A DNA stretch of 64,000 nt from a cyanobacterium endosymbiont of Rhopalodia gibba (GTDB lineage Bacteria; Cyanobacteriota; Cyanobacteriia; Cyanobacteriales; Microcystaceae). Positions 23,277 to 34,553 of the stretch are shown here, one piece after another. The stretch covers positions 2,752,001-2,816,000 of the forward strand of contig CP067995.1 in NCBI GenBank assembly GCA_045159875.1, written 5' to 3'. The position numbers and the translations under genes were made by a program. Position 1 is the first letter of the stretch; each line of letters opens with the position of its first letter. Under the pieces are notes generated by a model that was given only the letters and a program-made list of their open reading frames with translations, made no database searches and had not been told where the DNA came from.

Positions 23277-24581
23277 ATGCATAGATTTGTAAAACTTAGA
23301 CCACTTGTTCTCTGGTGTATCTTGGGATTCTTTGTCAGCTGGCTCATCAGTTGCAACCCTGGAGTTCCGACAGCATCTAATCAAGAATTAGAATTTTGGA
23401 CAATGCAGCTTCAACCTAAATTTACTCCTTATTTCACGGAGATTATCAATTCCTTTGAGAAGAAGAATCCAGAGATAAGTGTCCGTTGGATAGATATACC
23501 TTGGGAAGCTATGGAAAGCAAAATTTTAACAACAGTATCTGCCAAAACTGCTCCCGATGTGGTTAACCTCAATCCTAATTTTGCTTCTCAACTAGCTAGT
23601 CGTAATGCTTGGTTAAACTTAAAATCCCACATTTCTCCGGAGGTTCAACAGCAATATTTACCGAAAATTTGGCAAGCAAGCACGCTCGGCGATGTTAATT
23701 TTGGCATTCCGTGGTACTTAACTACCCGTATTACCCTTTATAATAAAAAATTACTTTCTCAAGCTAATCTTACAACTCCTCCAAAAACTTTTGCCGAGTT
23801 AGCTGAATTTGCAAAAAGATTCCACAACAAAACGGGCAAATATGCCATGTTTGTTACTTTTGTCCCTGGAGACTCTGGGGAAGTTTTGGAATCTTTAGTA
23901 CAGATGGGAGTTCAACTAGTGGACAAGCAGAGAAAAGCTACTTTTAATACTCCTGAAGGTGTTGCTGCGTTTAGTTATTGGGTTGATCTGTATCAAAATA
24001 ATTTGCTACCTCCTGAAGTTTTAACCCAAGGACATCGCCATGCGATTGATTTATATCAGTTAGGACAGACAGCTTTACTTTTCTCTGGAGCCGAATCTCT
24101 AACTAGTATCGAAAACAATGCTCCTACTATTGCTAAAGTTTCGGCGGCTGCTTCCCAAATTACGGGAAAAACAGGTAAAAAAAGCGTGGCAGTGATGAAT
24201 TTAATTATTCCCCGTGATACTGATAAACCAGACGATGGAGTAAAATTTGCTCTTTTTGTTACGAATACAGAAAATCAACTGCGGTTTGCCAAACAAGCGA
24301 ATGTTTTTCCTTCGACGGTAGAAGGTGTCAAATTGTACATAGAAGACTTGAAACAAGAGTCTAAGTCTGCAAGTCTCATCACTCAAACCCGTCAAGTTAG
24401 TGCAATACAGCTTAAAGATGCTGAAGTGTTGATTCCGCCGATTGAAAATATTAATAAGCTGCAACAGATTATTTACGAAAATTTACAAGCTGCCATGCTT
24501 AAAGAAAAAACTGTTGAACAAGCGGTTCAAGATGCGGCAGATACTTGGAATAATATTGCTTCAACAATGAACAATAGATAA
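23277..24581 (+). CDS. Carbohydrate ABC transporter substrate-binding lipoprotein
   Basis: Lipobox-like LISC; EFWTMQL, APDVVNLN, GIPWY, YNKKLL motifs typical of sugar-binding SBPs. Confidence 0.9.
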   Translation: MHRFVKLRPLVLWCILGFFVSWLISCNPGVPTASNQELEFWTMQLQPKFTPYFTEIINSFEKKNPEISVRWIDIPWEAMESKILTTVSAKTAPDVVNLNPNFASQLASRNAWLNLKSHISPEVQQQYLPKIWQASTLGDVNFGIPWYLTTRITLYNKKLLSQANLTTPPKTFAELAEFAKRFHNKTGKYAMFVTFVPGDSGEVLESLVQMGVQLVDKQRKATFNTPEGVAAFSYWVDLYQNNLLPPEVLTQGHRHAIDLYQLGQTALLFSGAESLTSIENNAPTIAKVSAAASQITGKTGKKSVAVMNLIIPRDTDKPDDGVKFALFVTNTENQLRFAKQANVFPSTVEGVKLYIEDLKQESKSASLITQTRQVSAIQLKDAEVLIPPIENINKLQQIIYENLQAAMLKEKTVEQAVQDAADTWNNIASTMNNR

Positions 24582-24739
24582 TCACCTCTCTTTAAAAGAG
24601 AAGCAGATCCACCATAACTTTCCTCCGGAAGGGATTTATAGATAGTTATTTTCTTTTTTTCTCTTTTTAAGGACAAGTTTTAGAAATAAATAAATTAATT
24701 GATTATCAATTATTCTTCGATGAAGATCATATTTAAATC

Positions 24740-25484
24740 TGTAGATATTTTCTTAAAACGTTACCAATTACAAATACAGTTGGGACAAACTGCTGTTGGA
24801 TATTAAACTTAGTTAGCTCATGATTTAGAATAGCTAATTAAAGATGTTTCGACAAGTTAGCCTAATTTATTAGGGTTGAAATAGTCGAATTTTGTCAGGG
24901 TTTTGTTTCGTCCCAAATTTTATAAAAAAGTAACATTAAAACTGTTGGCTTTTAGTCCCCACATGTAGTGGGATAAATTTAAACTTTTTGAAAGATAATT
25001 CCAAGTTTTGCAAGCCCTGGATCACACTCGCATTCCTCGCTATCGAAACTATTTTTCAAAAGGTTTCTCCAGAAGATAGTCATGATATTTCATAGTTTAC
25101 CCTGATACGAGAAATACTATATTCCAGGGGAATTTTTAGAACAAAGAATTCGATTTATTGTGACCGAAGTTTTCAAGATAATCATCTATTTTTGTGAACT
25201 AGATCCCCCGTTTTATCTCTTAATGTAAACCCTAATAACTTAATTTTAGGATAAGATAAACAAATTTAATTAATTTGGGAGTAGTTTGGCAACAAAATAA
25301 TGTAACTAAATTTACTTTAACTATTGTGGTAACTAGTGATTCTACTTCCTTAAAACAATTTTTTAAAAAAGCAGTTACTGTATCCTATTTATATACTTTA
25401 GAAGCTACTTTAATTTATAAATTAACAGGAATTATTCCAGATAATTTACCTAAAAAAGAGAATATTGAAAAATTAGATAATTAA
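24740..25484 (+). pseudogene. Ser/Thr protein kinase (Pkn2-type), inactivated; remnants may extend to ~26090
   Basis: KRYQLQIQLGQTAVG..; VTLKLLAFSPHM*WDKFKLFER*FQVLQALDHTRIPRYRNYF. Confidence 0.8.
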
Positions 25485-25704
25485 GTTAATATTAAACTAT
25501 ACCTAAAAAAATGGTTAACTACATCGACAGAAATTGTAGTAGAAAATCGCTATTAAAATATAAAATAAACTTTAGAAGAAATTAATTTAGGCAGAGAAAA
25601 TATAGCCCATTTTCCTCTAGCCACTTCTGTACTAAGTATTGTTAAAAGATATAATATTGAATTGATCAAATAAAAAACAGCACTAAATATATGCTTCAGT
25701 TACT

Positions 25705-25762
25705 TTATTTTTTATTTTTTTTAAAAAAAATAAAAAATAACTATCTATTTAAATAGATAGTT
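25705..25762. repeat. Two abutting perfect palindromes (36 bp and 24 bp)
   Basis: ttattttttatttttttt|aaaaaaaataaaaaataa, then aactatctattt|aaatagatagtt. Confidence 0.85.
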
Positions 25763-26870
25763 TTAGAGTACTACAAAACGCTTAAAATATTGATTTTTAG
25801 TTCTAGCTTTCCTAGCAATCGCAGGCATATTGTTACACAATAGATCTATTATTATTTATTGGCTTATTATCAATGATTAGAAGAGTATGCTTGTATTAAT
25901 TGTTGGCTCAATATTGTTTTACTTGATGATTTTGTTTAAAAATTACCTAGAAAATTTTGAAATCACTTTCAAAATACAAAAGAAATTTATAAAATTAAAC
26001 TACTATCAAAAGAAAATTTTTTTAAAAAATATTGTATGAATTTTGATTTATCCAAAAAATGCAGTTTATTGAATGGTTAATTAGGTTAATAAAAGAAGAG
26101 TAAAACATTCTAACTTTTAGTTCAACTGCTGTACTTACTTTTATTTTACTTTACACCTGTCTTTATTATAGAACACAAATAAATCTTATATATTATTTCT
26201 TACTAAATATTTAAAATTTTTAAAGTTAATGACTTTTTTGAACTAACTTAGAATAATAATTACATATTGTTTTGTTGTGCTTAGTCGTGATTTTTTTAAT
26301 AAAAAATATTAACCTAGTCTCTAAGATTTAATAATTTTTTTCTTCAGATTGCTACTCTAACAGCAAAGAAGTACATCAACTTACTTAAAGATTTCATTAG
26401 AATATCTTTACAAAATTTAAGTTTATAGATTGGTAGTTTCGTAAGGTATTAAGATTTTTACCTGCGGGTTTACTGGCTTCTACTTTGGTGAGTATAGATC
26501 AAGTATTAATTCTTGTAGACTTTTCTGAGCGGCTACTCATTTTTTAGAATTTATAATGTCACATGGATAACTATATTTTGTTGTATATCAGATTTCAGTG
26601 TAGCTAACGCGAACAGTAGGTATTAAAATTAAAGTTCTAAATGAAGATAATAAAAATGTTGATGATAAGAGGATGTTTATCAACTACTCAACTTAACTCA
26701 ATCAATTTTTCCATACTATGTAATTATGGAAAACATTTGTGTTAACTAAATTTTAATTTTTTTAAATTAATTCTAAAACATCTAAATTAAAAATTATTGA
26801 GCAAGAGGGGTTGATTTTTATACCCTTAATAGGTATAAATAGATATACAACTGTATAGGAATAAAACCCT

Positions 26871-27209
26871 ATGAAACAAACTAATAGCCGAGCGAAGGAA
26901 ATCCAGGAAATCACCGGACTTGAACCCAGACACTTTGCCGATTTAGTGAGAACGGCACAATTGATTTTTGATCCAACAGGTGGTGTCTCTGGGATGAGAC
27001 TCGAGGTTGACTGGTATTACTTTGGTATTTCTGAGAATGTTGCTGAAAATTTAAAAAAATTTGGCCAAAAATACCAGTATGCATCTCCCCATATTGCGAT
27101 TGATGTTGTTTGGGAGCAGTTGATTCCAGAAACTCGTAGTTGGATTATTGAAAACAAAGATAATTTATGGAAAATTGAGGAAGCTTTTCCGGCACTCGAT
27201 GAAGATTAA
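26871..27209 (+). CDS. Hypothetical protein (112 aa)
   Basis: Intact ORF, coding-like composition, AGGA RBS and TATAAAT upstream. Confidence 0.85.
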   Translation: MKQTNSRAKEIQEITGLEPRHFADLVRTAQLIFDPTGGVSGMRLEVDWYYFGISENVAENLKKFGQKYQYASPHIAIDVVWEQLIPETRSWIIENKDNLWKIEEAFPALDED

Positions 27210-27322
27210 TATTGACAGAGGACTGCTTTTTAATACCAGTATTAAAGACTCTTACGTCCTCTCAATATTTTCCGAAGAGTTATCAGATAATGAGTAGATA
27301 TATAGACGAAATCATAAAGTTC

Positions 27323-27361
27323 GATAATCTCTTCTACCAATGAATGGTAGAGGAGATTATC
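27323..27361. terminator. Hairpin, 17-bp arms; possible terminator between convergent loci
   Basis: gataatctcttctacca ATGAA tggtagaggagattatc. Confidence 0.6.
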
Positions 27362-27599
27362 CATAAGATTAAGTTAATCATGAAGAGAAGCTCATAGTCT
27401 AATCAACCTTGATAATCTTAAAAGACAAGTTTTATTAGTCCTGTATTTTTTTATTAAACTATTATACTTTGGACAGGAAAACTAACTTTTTAAAGTTATC
27501 TTAAATTCCTATTAATTATGATTCTTTCACTACTTCGTCACGAACTTTACCCAATTAACTGAACTAAGTTTAGCGATGTTTGGAAAATTCTTCCAGCAT

Positions 27600-28380
27600 A
27601 TTTTTTTTTAAAAAAAATTATAAATTTTAGTCAAGTATTTCTCGAATATTTTTTATGTTTTATTTCGTTAATTATATTTTTTACAAAATTGTCCATAAAC
27701 TTCTCACCCAAGCAACGTCTTAGTTGCTGAATTCCAGTGATTTCTACTAATATTTTCCGCCATTTACTCTTAATCATCCGTTGATTAAGAATATTACTAA
27801 CATTTAGTTTTTTATACCATTTTGATTGTTTTGGGTAATTAATAAAATTACAAATTCTCTCTAGCTCTTTTCGAGAATTAGCTAACATTGCTTTGAAAAC
27901 ATACTGGGATAACTTGATTGACTCCAAAAGTTTTAAAATAGGGAAATAAATTGCCTTGTATAGAGACCATATTCAATTAATTCTGAATGTTTAAAAATCG
28001 CTTCATTGATGTCAATTAAAACAACCCATTGACTGCATTCATGAATATGTTGAGAGATTAACTGATCAATGGGGTAACGTATTATATAGATAAACCTAGC
28101 ATAAGGAAAATATTTTTATAACTGTTCAATAGTGTGAGGATAGCTGGGGAGCTTAGTGTAATGGGTTCTAGATTCACTATATATGTCATCATTAAGAGCT
28201 TTATTAAAGTATGATAAATATCAGTCTAGCCCCTGAGCATATTAGTCATTATCTTTAAAAAAGTTAGCCTCTTTAAGTTCAGTCATAAAAATTTCTGATT
28301 GTATGGTTAATTGTTCATAAAGAGAACTAGTAGCGCATTTCATAGCACCAATAACGATAAAATTAGGCAGTTTATTCCTG
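27600..28380 (-). pseudogene. Sulfotransferase family gene, inactivated
   Basis: LPNFIVIGAMKCATSSLYEQL (5'-PSB motif), KEANFF, RFIYIIRYPI; in-frame stops and frameshift. Confidence 0.88.
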
Positions 28381-28589
28381 GCTAATTTCAAAAAATAAAT
28401 TACAGTTCTTCTAGACTGAGTGTGACAAATCAGTAGCTAATTACTTTCAAAATCCTATATGTATTGTGATACAAGATTTTAAAATATTTTCTTATCCTAC
28501 CAAAGCTGATGTAGAAGAGCTTAAATTATCTAGTTTTAGTTTGAAAAAATTAGAAACAATTATAATTACTTGAAACTCAATTGCTGAGA

Positions 28590-29550
28590 TTATTTTTAGG
28601 AAAAATCGGAGGCTTCAAAGGAACACACCAATTCATCCAAATATTTTGTGCTTTACATTCACAAACAATATCAGAGAAATTACCCACTAATTCTTTCATT
28701 AAAGAGATATTAAGTCCTACTAACTAGAACAGATTAGAAACCCACAGTCCTGTTCTTTCCTAGAATTTAGCAAAATAGCGAAAACGAAAAGCAGAAGAAT
28801 AGGGGCGCTGGCGTTTGCGAGCCGCTATATCAGATTTAACTGAACTACTTTTTCCTCGTAGATGAATGACTCTTGCCTCAGGCTAATCAAGGATTTTCTA
28901 AGTTTTATCTCTAGCACAGTGACAGTAACCAATATCATCAAAATACATGAAATAGCCTTTATCCATATAAGCCGATTTGTTCAATAACTTACCGACGAAT
29001 TAGAACACAGGTAAAACTGGTCCATTGAGGTTCAAAGGGAGTATCACTCACCGGAATCGGTACATTGTAAGGAATTAAAAATTTTGTAATTAGTCCAATA
29101 CCTGCAGTGTTGATAAATTCACTAATGAATGAATGATAACAAAAACAGTTGATTTTGGGACTTGCGTCTAGCCATTCTAACCGAGGACTAATTAATCCAG
29201 CTTCAGGATTTTTATCAGAAGTTTTCAAGAGGAACAAGATTATCCCTCTCCTAATATATAGTTTTACTATTAAACAATAAATAAGCATCGGCAGTAACAG
29301 CTTTAATCCCAACGCTATTTTCTGCTGAAAATATCCCATTGATAGGGGACTCAATCAGTGTAACCTAAGAATTCTATTGATTATTTAGAATAATCTGTTC
29401 TATTCTAACATAAGAACCGAGTCATCTCTAGAGGCATTGTCTACTAGTATGACGCAATGTTCATTAATATCTATTTGCTCTTCAAGTGAACGCAAACAGT
29501 CAATAACTAAATTGGGAGTACCATAGTTAATGATGACTATATACAAACGT
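28590..29550 (-). pseudogene. Family 2 glycosyltransferase, inactivated
   Basis: IVIINYGTPNLVIDCLRSL..ILVDNASRDDS; WTSFTCVLIRR*VIEQIG; GYFMYFDD; several frameshifts. Confidence 0.88.
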
Positions 29551-29603
29551 ATTTATTCAGAGAAGTTCTGATATTTTTTTAAGGTATCATTGGTTAATAT
29601 AAC

Positions 29604-29711
29604 ATGGCTAAAATTATTAGTTGTAAGTCTTTAGGAAAACGACCGGTCTATGATATTGGAGTTGTTCAAGATCATAATTTTGTATTAGCTAATGGCGCAA
29701 TTGCGTCTAAC
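29604..29711 (+). other. DnaE split intein, C-fragment (36 aa)
   Basis: [39 protein letters not shown]. Confidence 0.95.
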
Positions 29712-30956
29712 TGCTTTAATAAATCTCACTCCACTGCTTATGCTTATATTACCTACCAAACCGCTTACTTAAAAGCAAATTATCCTGTTGAATACATGAC
29801 GGCTTTATTGACAGCTAGTAGTGACAATCAAGATAAGGTAGAAAAGTACAGAGAAAATTCTCAAAAGATGGGAATTCATATTGATCCTCCTGATATTAAT
29901 TGTTCCCAAAAAGATTTCACTCCCATTGGGGATAATATTCTATTTGGGTTATCGGCGATTAAGAATTTAGGAGAAGGAACTATTGATAACATATTAAAAG
30001 CTAGGGATAAAGGAGGAAAATTTAAATCTCTGGCTGATTTTTGCTGTCGAGTTGACTTACGATTAGTTAACAGACGAGCTTTAGAAGCTTTAATCTATTG
30101 TGGAGCATTTGATAAAGTTCAAGCTAACCGAAATCAATTAATAAATGATCTTGAATTAGTTATTTCTTGGGCACAAAAACGAGCTAAAGAGAAAGAAACT
30201 GGTCAATTAAATATCTTTTATATGGTAGGAAATGATATCCAGAATAATGCCAACAATCAGTCTAAATTTGATCAGGAACCAAGCTCCCCCTCTATAGCTG
30301 ATTTTCCTCTACCCAAAAGACTTAAGTTAGAAAAAGAACATTTAGGTTTTTATGTTTCTGAGCATCCTTTAAAATCAGTTAAAGAAGCAGCTCAGATTTT
30401 ATCCCCGATTAATTTAAGTGAATTAGAGGATCAACGATCTAAATCTAAAGTTAGTGCTGTTGTGATAGTTAATGAGGTCAAAAAAATAGTAACTAAAACT
30501 GGAAAAGAAATGGCATTTCTAACATTAGAGGATATTTCGGGACAATCAGAAGGGGTAGTTTTTTCTGATGCTTATGCACACATTAAAGAACTATTGATTG
30601 AAGATAACCACCTGATTATTTGGGGGAAGGTTGACCGTCGAGATGATAAAGTTCAACTAATTATTGAAAATGGAGAAGTTGTAGAAAACGTAAAAATATT
30701 AATAGTTAAATTAACTTTTGAACAAGCAGTTAATCAAAATTATCAACAGAATTTAAAAAGAATTATTCAAGAAAATTCTAGAGATAAAACAAAAGCTAAA
30801 ATCCCTGTTATTGTCATTATTAGTATTGGAAATCAACAAAAGTTTGTTCGTTTCGGTCAAAACTATTGGGTAGAAAATGAATCTAGGACAATCTCCTCTC
30901 TTGAGAATGCTGATTTTCTTGCTTACACTAGCCCTTTAATGTCTGTAGCTGAGTGA
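29604..30956 (+). CDS. dnaE: DNA polymerase III alpha subunit, C-terminal half, with N-terminal split-intein fragment
   Basis: 36-aa Int-C ending [13 protein letters not shown], followed by extein [12 protein letters not shown]-fold region; [14 protein letters not shown]. Confidence 0.97.
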   Translation: MAKIISCKSLGKRPVYDIGVVQDHNFVLANGAIASNCFNKSHSTAYAYITYQTAYLKANYPVEYMTALLTASSDNQDKVEKYRENSQKMGIHIDPPDINCSQKDFTPIGDNILFGLSAIKNLGEGTIDNILKARDKGGKFKSLADFCCRVDLRLVNRRALEALIYCGAFDKVQANRNQLINDLELVISWAQKRAKEKETGQLNIFYMVGNDIQNNANNQSKFDQEPSSPSIADFPLPKRLKLEKEHLGFYVSEHPLKSVKEAAQILSPINLSELEDQRSKSKVSAVVIVNEVKKIVTKTGKEMAFLTLEDISGQSEGVVFSDAYAHIKELLIEDNHLIIWGKVDRRDDKVQLIIENGEVVENVKILIVKLTFEQAVNQNYQQNLKRIIQENSRDKTKAKIPVIVIISIGNQQKFVRFGQNYWVENESRTISSLENADFLAYTSPLMSVAE

Positions 30957-31326
30957 ATTAAATTTTACAGTCTCAGTTATGCTAAACTATTATGCATTAC
31001 ACATCATGAACTTAAATTATGAAAAGTTTAGGCACACAAACAAAGGACCTCTACACAACCTATTGACTGAGTCGGCGGAAACGGATTTTGTTTTTGTAGA
31101 ATAAGAATCTAGTCTTTTATTAGTTTTTAGTTTAGCATAGTAAATGAGGTGTAACTCTGACTTTAGGGAAAACGACTAGGAAAATTAAATGAGTTTTTTT
31201 CTTTCCATTGAGAGTTAGTTGTAATAAGGTTGTCTGTCGCACAAGTTGAAGCTCTAACATTACTAATTCCTCTATATTTTGTATGTAGTGGAAGTTGTTT
31301 TAGTAGAATATTGCTAGCATATTGAT

Positions 31327-31374
31327 CGTCTGAGCGTCTGAGCGTCTGAGCGTCTGAGCGTCTGAGCGTCTGAG
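31327..31374. repeat. Perfect tandem repeat (CGTCTGAG)x6
   Basis: Six exact 8-bp units read directly. Confidence 0.97.
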
Positions 31375-32134
31375 ATAGGATAATAGGTAGTTTAGCTTTA
31401 ATGAGTATAAACTTAAAAAGAGTAATTGTCAGATATCAGACTTCTCAAAATTCAGCTAGCATGATTAGACACACAAAAATTATCACAGTTAATTTACACC
31501 TAAAAATTTATCTCAGAATGAGAACGATATCAAAAACATCTGAATTTCAATATAAGAGAATAAAAAGTTAAATAATTTGTAGATTGAGTGAACCTATCAA
31601 AAATTAAAACTATAAAAAAAAATTTTAGGTAAATTACTTAATCAAAAAATATAAAGATAACTAAAGAGAAATAAAATTAAATAAAAGCTGACAAAATGAT
31701 CGGGAAACTGTTTAGATATGAACATATTTTTTAAAAAGCAGCTAAACAAAGTTACGATTAAAGAGGTAAAAAAAGATCTCCAAAATTGATTTAGAGCTAT
31801 CTACTTAAGTAGATTTTTATTGAAATGATAAATTTATCTGACTACTTCTTATTTTTATCTTGAGTTTCTCTAGTGATAAGTATAACCCACACAAGTTAAA
31901 TATCTCAATACTATAACTTGATTGAAATTCTATTTAATTTAGATAAGGCTTAGTTTTTTTGTTCAAAACTCGATATGGTCATTAACTCGTAAAATTTGAA
32001 GCAAATGGGAATCATTTAACCTTTGTAAATTATGCTCTTTTGAAATTTATTTAAAATTACAGATGAGTAGAGAATGTCCAAGGTGAGTTGTTTATACTAC
32101 TAATTAGAAAAGATTATAGAGAAGGCAATGGAAT

Positions 32135-33412
32135 ATGACTCTCAGACCTGAAATCATGACATCTGTGGAACAATTAGGGTATCGCGTGACTGTTGGAGAT
32201 ATCGCTACTCAAGCAGGACTCGAACTGAATGTAGCACGACAGGGATTGTTAACTTTAGCTTCTGATAGCGGAGGACATTTACAAGTAGCTGAGTCAGGTG
32301 AAATTATCTATCTTTTCCCACAAAATTTTAAGACAATTCTCCGTAATAAATACTGGAAACTTCGCTTAAAAGAAACCTGGAAAAAAATCTGGAATGTTCT
32401 TTTTTATTTAATTCGAATTTCTTTTGGAGTAATTATAATTGCTTCTGTCGTTTTGATGATGATTACTATTACAATGATTATTTTTGCCATTAGTTCTAGT
32501 AGTGAAAAAGATAGAGATTCTCAAGAAAGCAGAGGTCCAGGTTATGGAAAAAATTTTATTTTTTTCCATAAATTTTCTGATTTATTTTGGATTTTTTATC
32601 CTGAGCACAATTACAATCTTCATCGAGATAAATCGTATCAAAGTTCCGAAATAAATTGGCAAGAAAGCGATCTTAATTTTCTAGAAGCTATTTTTTCATT
32701 TCTGTTCGGTGAAGGTAATCCTAATAATGACTTGGAAGAATGTCGTTGGCGAGAAATTGGGTCAGTAATTCGTAATAATAAAGGAGCAATTATTGCTGAA
32801 CAAGTTTCTCCTTATCTCGATAAGATAGCTCAATACGACGAAAATAATGAAGATTATATGTTGCCTATTCTAAGCAAATTTAACGGTTATCCTAAAGTCT
32901 CCTCTCAAGGAGAAATAATCTATTATTTCCCTGAATTGCAAGTAACAGCTCAACTCCATAAAAAGCGTTCAGTTACTAGCTATTTAAAAGAAAAACCTTA
33001 TTCTTTTAGTCGAGCTAGTAGCAGACAAATTATGTTAGCAACTGGGTTAGGAGTATTAAATTTTATTCTCGCTCTGATTTTAGGATATTTAATTGAAGAT
33101 CCTAAAATTATTAATCAAATGACTGGATTGGTCTCTTTTGCTAACTCTATTTATTGGATATTATTAGTCTATGCAATAGCATTTTTAGGAACTCCTTTAA
33201 TTCGCTATTTCTGGGTTCGTTGGCGTAATGATAGAATTGAATACCGTAATATAATTCGGCAAAAAAGAGCAGAAAATTTATTGCAACCGAGTGAAATTAT
33301 ACAGCAAAAAATAAAATATGCTTGTGAATTTGCAGCAGAAAAATTAATAACCGAAGCTGATATTAGCTATACGACTGAAAAGGATATTTTGGAACAAGAA
33401 GTTAAACCTTAA
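32135..33412 (+). CDS. Conserved cyanobacterial/plastid membrane protein (At5g03900-like)
   Basis: RVTVGDIA..GGHLQVAESGEIIYLF; FLEAIFSFLFG.GNPN; YYFPELQ. Confidence 0.85.
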   Translation: MTLRPEIMTSVEQLGYRVTVGDIATQAGLELNVARQGLLTLASDSGGHLQVAESGEIIYLFPQNFKTILRNKYWKLRLKETWKKIWNVLFYLIRISFGVIIIASVVLMMITITMIIFAISSSSEKDRDSQESRGPGYGKNFIFFHKFSDLFWIFYPEHNYNLHRDKSYQSSEINWQESDLNFLEAIFSFLFGEGNPNNDLEECRWREIGSVIRNNKGAIIAEQVSPYLDKIAQYDENNEDYMLPILSKFNGYPKVSSQGEIIYYFPELQVTAQLHKKRSVTSYLKEKPYSFSRASSRQIMLATGLGVLNFILALILGYLIEDPKIINQMTGLVSFANSIYWILLVYAIAFLGTPLIRYFWVRWRNDRIEYRNIIRQKRAENLLQPSEIIQQKIKYACEFAAEKLITEADISYTTEKDILEQEVKP

Positions 33413-33762
33413 GAGCAAGTTAATCATAAATAGTAAAAACATTTTGTTAGATACAACCTATCATTTTTATGACTCGATAAAACATCTTCTTATAAAAAAG
33501 TTTTGAAATATTATCTAGTGTAAAAAAATATGATTTTAATTACTTTAAAATGTATTTTAATTACGGAGAACTTTATTCCATAAATTTCCTTAAGATACAT
33601 TTCATGAAATACATCTTAAGCATTTTTTTCAAAAATTAGATTGAATATGTTTATGTGTAGTCTTACTTTTAAAGTAAAAAATCAGAACAGATTCAACATC
33701 AGCTTTGAGTATTTGATAAATACGCAATAGCGTATTAAAAATATCCATAACCCACTAATCCT

Positions 33763-34470
33763 TTAAGATATACCCAAATTCTTTTTAAGAATAAATTCAG
33801 CAATTATTAGGTCAATTGGAGTTGTTACTTTCAAGTTTGTTTCTTCCCCCTCCACAATTTTTACAGGTAACTTACATTTTTCAAATAAAGTTGAATCATC
33901 GGTAACTTCCCAATCTGAACTACGTCCTTTTTCATGACATTCTTTTAGCAGTTTAACATCAAATCCTTGAGGAGTTTGAGCTGCCCACAATTGAGATCTA
34001 TTTGGGGTATTTTGAATAAATTTATGCTGATCAACAACTTTAATGGTGTCTTTAACGGGTATAGCTGTAATTAATCCCTGACAGGTTAACAATTCCTCAG
34101 CACAACGATCAAACAATTCTGGAGTAGCTAAACATCTTGCCCCATCATGAATTAAGACTCTTTGTACTTCTATGGATAAAGCTTGTAGTCCATTATAAAC
34201 TGATTGTTGACGAGTTTCACCTCCTGGGATTAATTCTACTGGTTTAGTCACGGAAAGATTCGTAAGAATTTTCTGAAAACTAGGAAAGTCATAGGATTTG
34301 CCGATAATACCAATCCAGCGAATTTTCTCAGAGGCTTCAGCCGCCAGAAGTGTCCAAGTTAATAATGGTCTTCCTAAGAGACTCAGGAGAAGTTTGTTGT
34401 GATCGCTACCCATGCGTCTTCCCAATCCTGCTGCCGGAATCAATAAATGCATTTTTTCATAATTTAACAA
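33763..34470 (-). CDS. ispD: 2-C-methyl-D-erythritol 4-phosphate cytidylyltransferase
   Basis: PAAGLGRRMG, GGETRQQSV, IHDGAR, AQTPQGF, VTDD, NLKVTTP. Confidence 0.97.
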   Translation of the reverse strand: MLNYEKMHLLIPAAGLGRRMGSDHNKLLLSLLGRPLLTWTLLAAEASEKIRWIGIIGKSYDFPSFQKILTNLSVTKPVELIPGGETRQQSVYNGLQALSIEVQRVLIHDGARCLATPELFDRCAEELLTCQGLITAIPVKDTIKVVDQHKFIQNTPNRSQLWAAQTPQGFDVKLLKECHEKGRSSDWEVTDDSTLFEKCKLPVKIVEGEETNLKVTTPIDLIIAEFILKKNLGIS

Positions 34471-34553
34471 TATATTTATGGATAGTACATTATTTTAGAT
34501 ACGCTTTAATCACTTAAAATAGTCATTATTAACTGAATGAGCGATTAACTATT

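Noticed and set aside
26300..26700. Possible gene remnants here and at 17800-18250, 20150-20750, 31000-31320 and 37550-38150
   Set aside because: Coding-like patches, but I could not assign a family or boundaries
31327..31374. CRISPR array
   Set aside because: 8-bp units with no spacers and no cas genes; simple tandem repeat
33588..33622. Additional palindrome candidates (also 16797-16834, 31800-31815, 44713-44738 and T-run/A-run junctions)
   Set aside because: Short or imperfect arms that could arise by chance in AT-rich DNA; not counted in the main set
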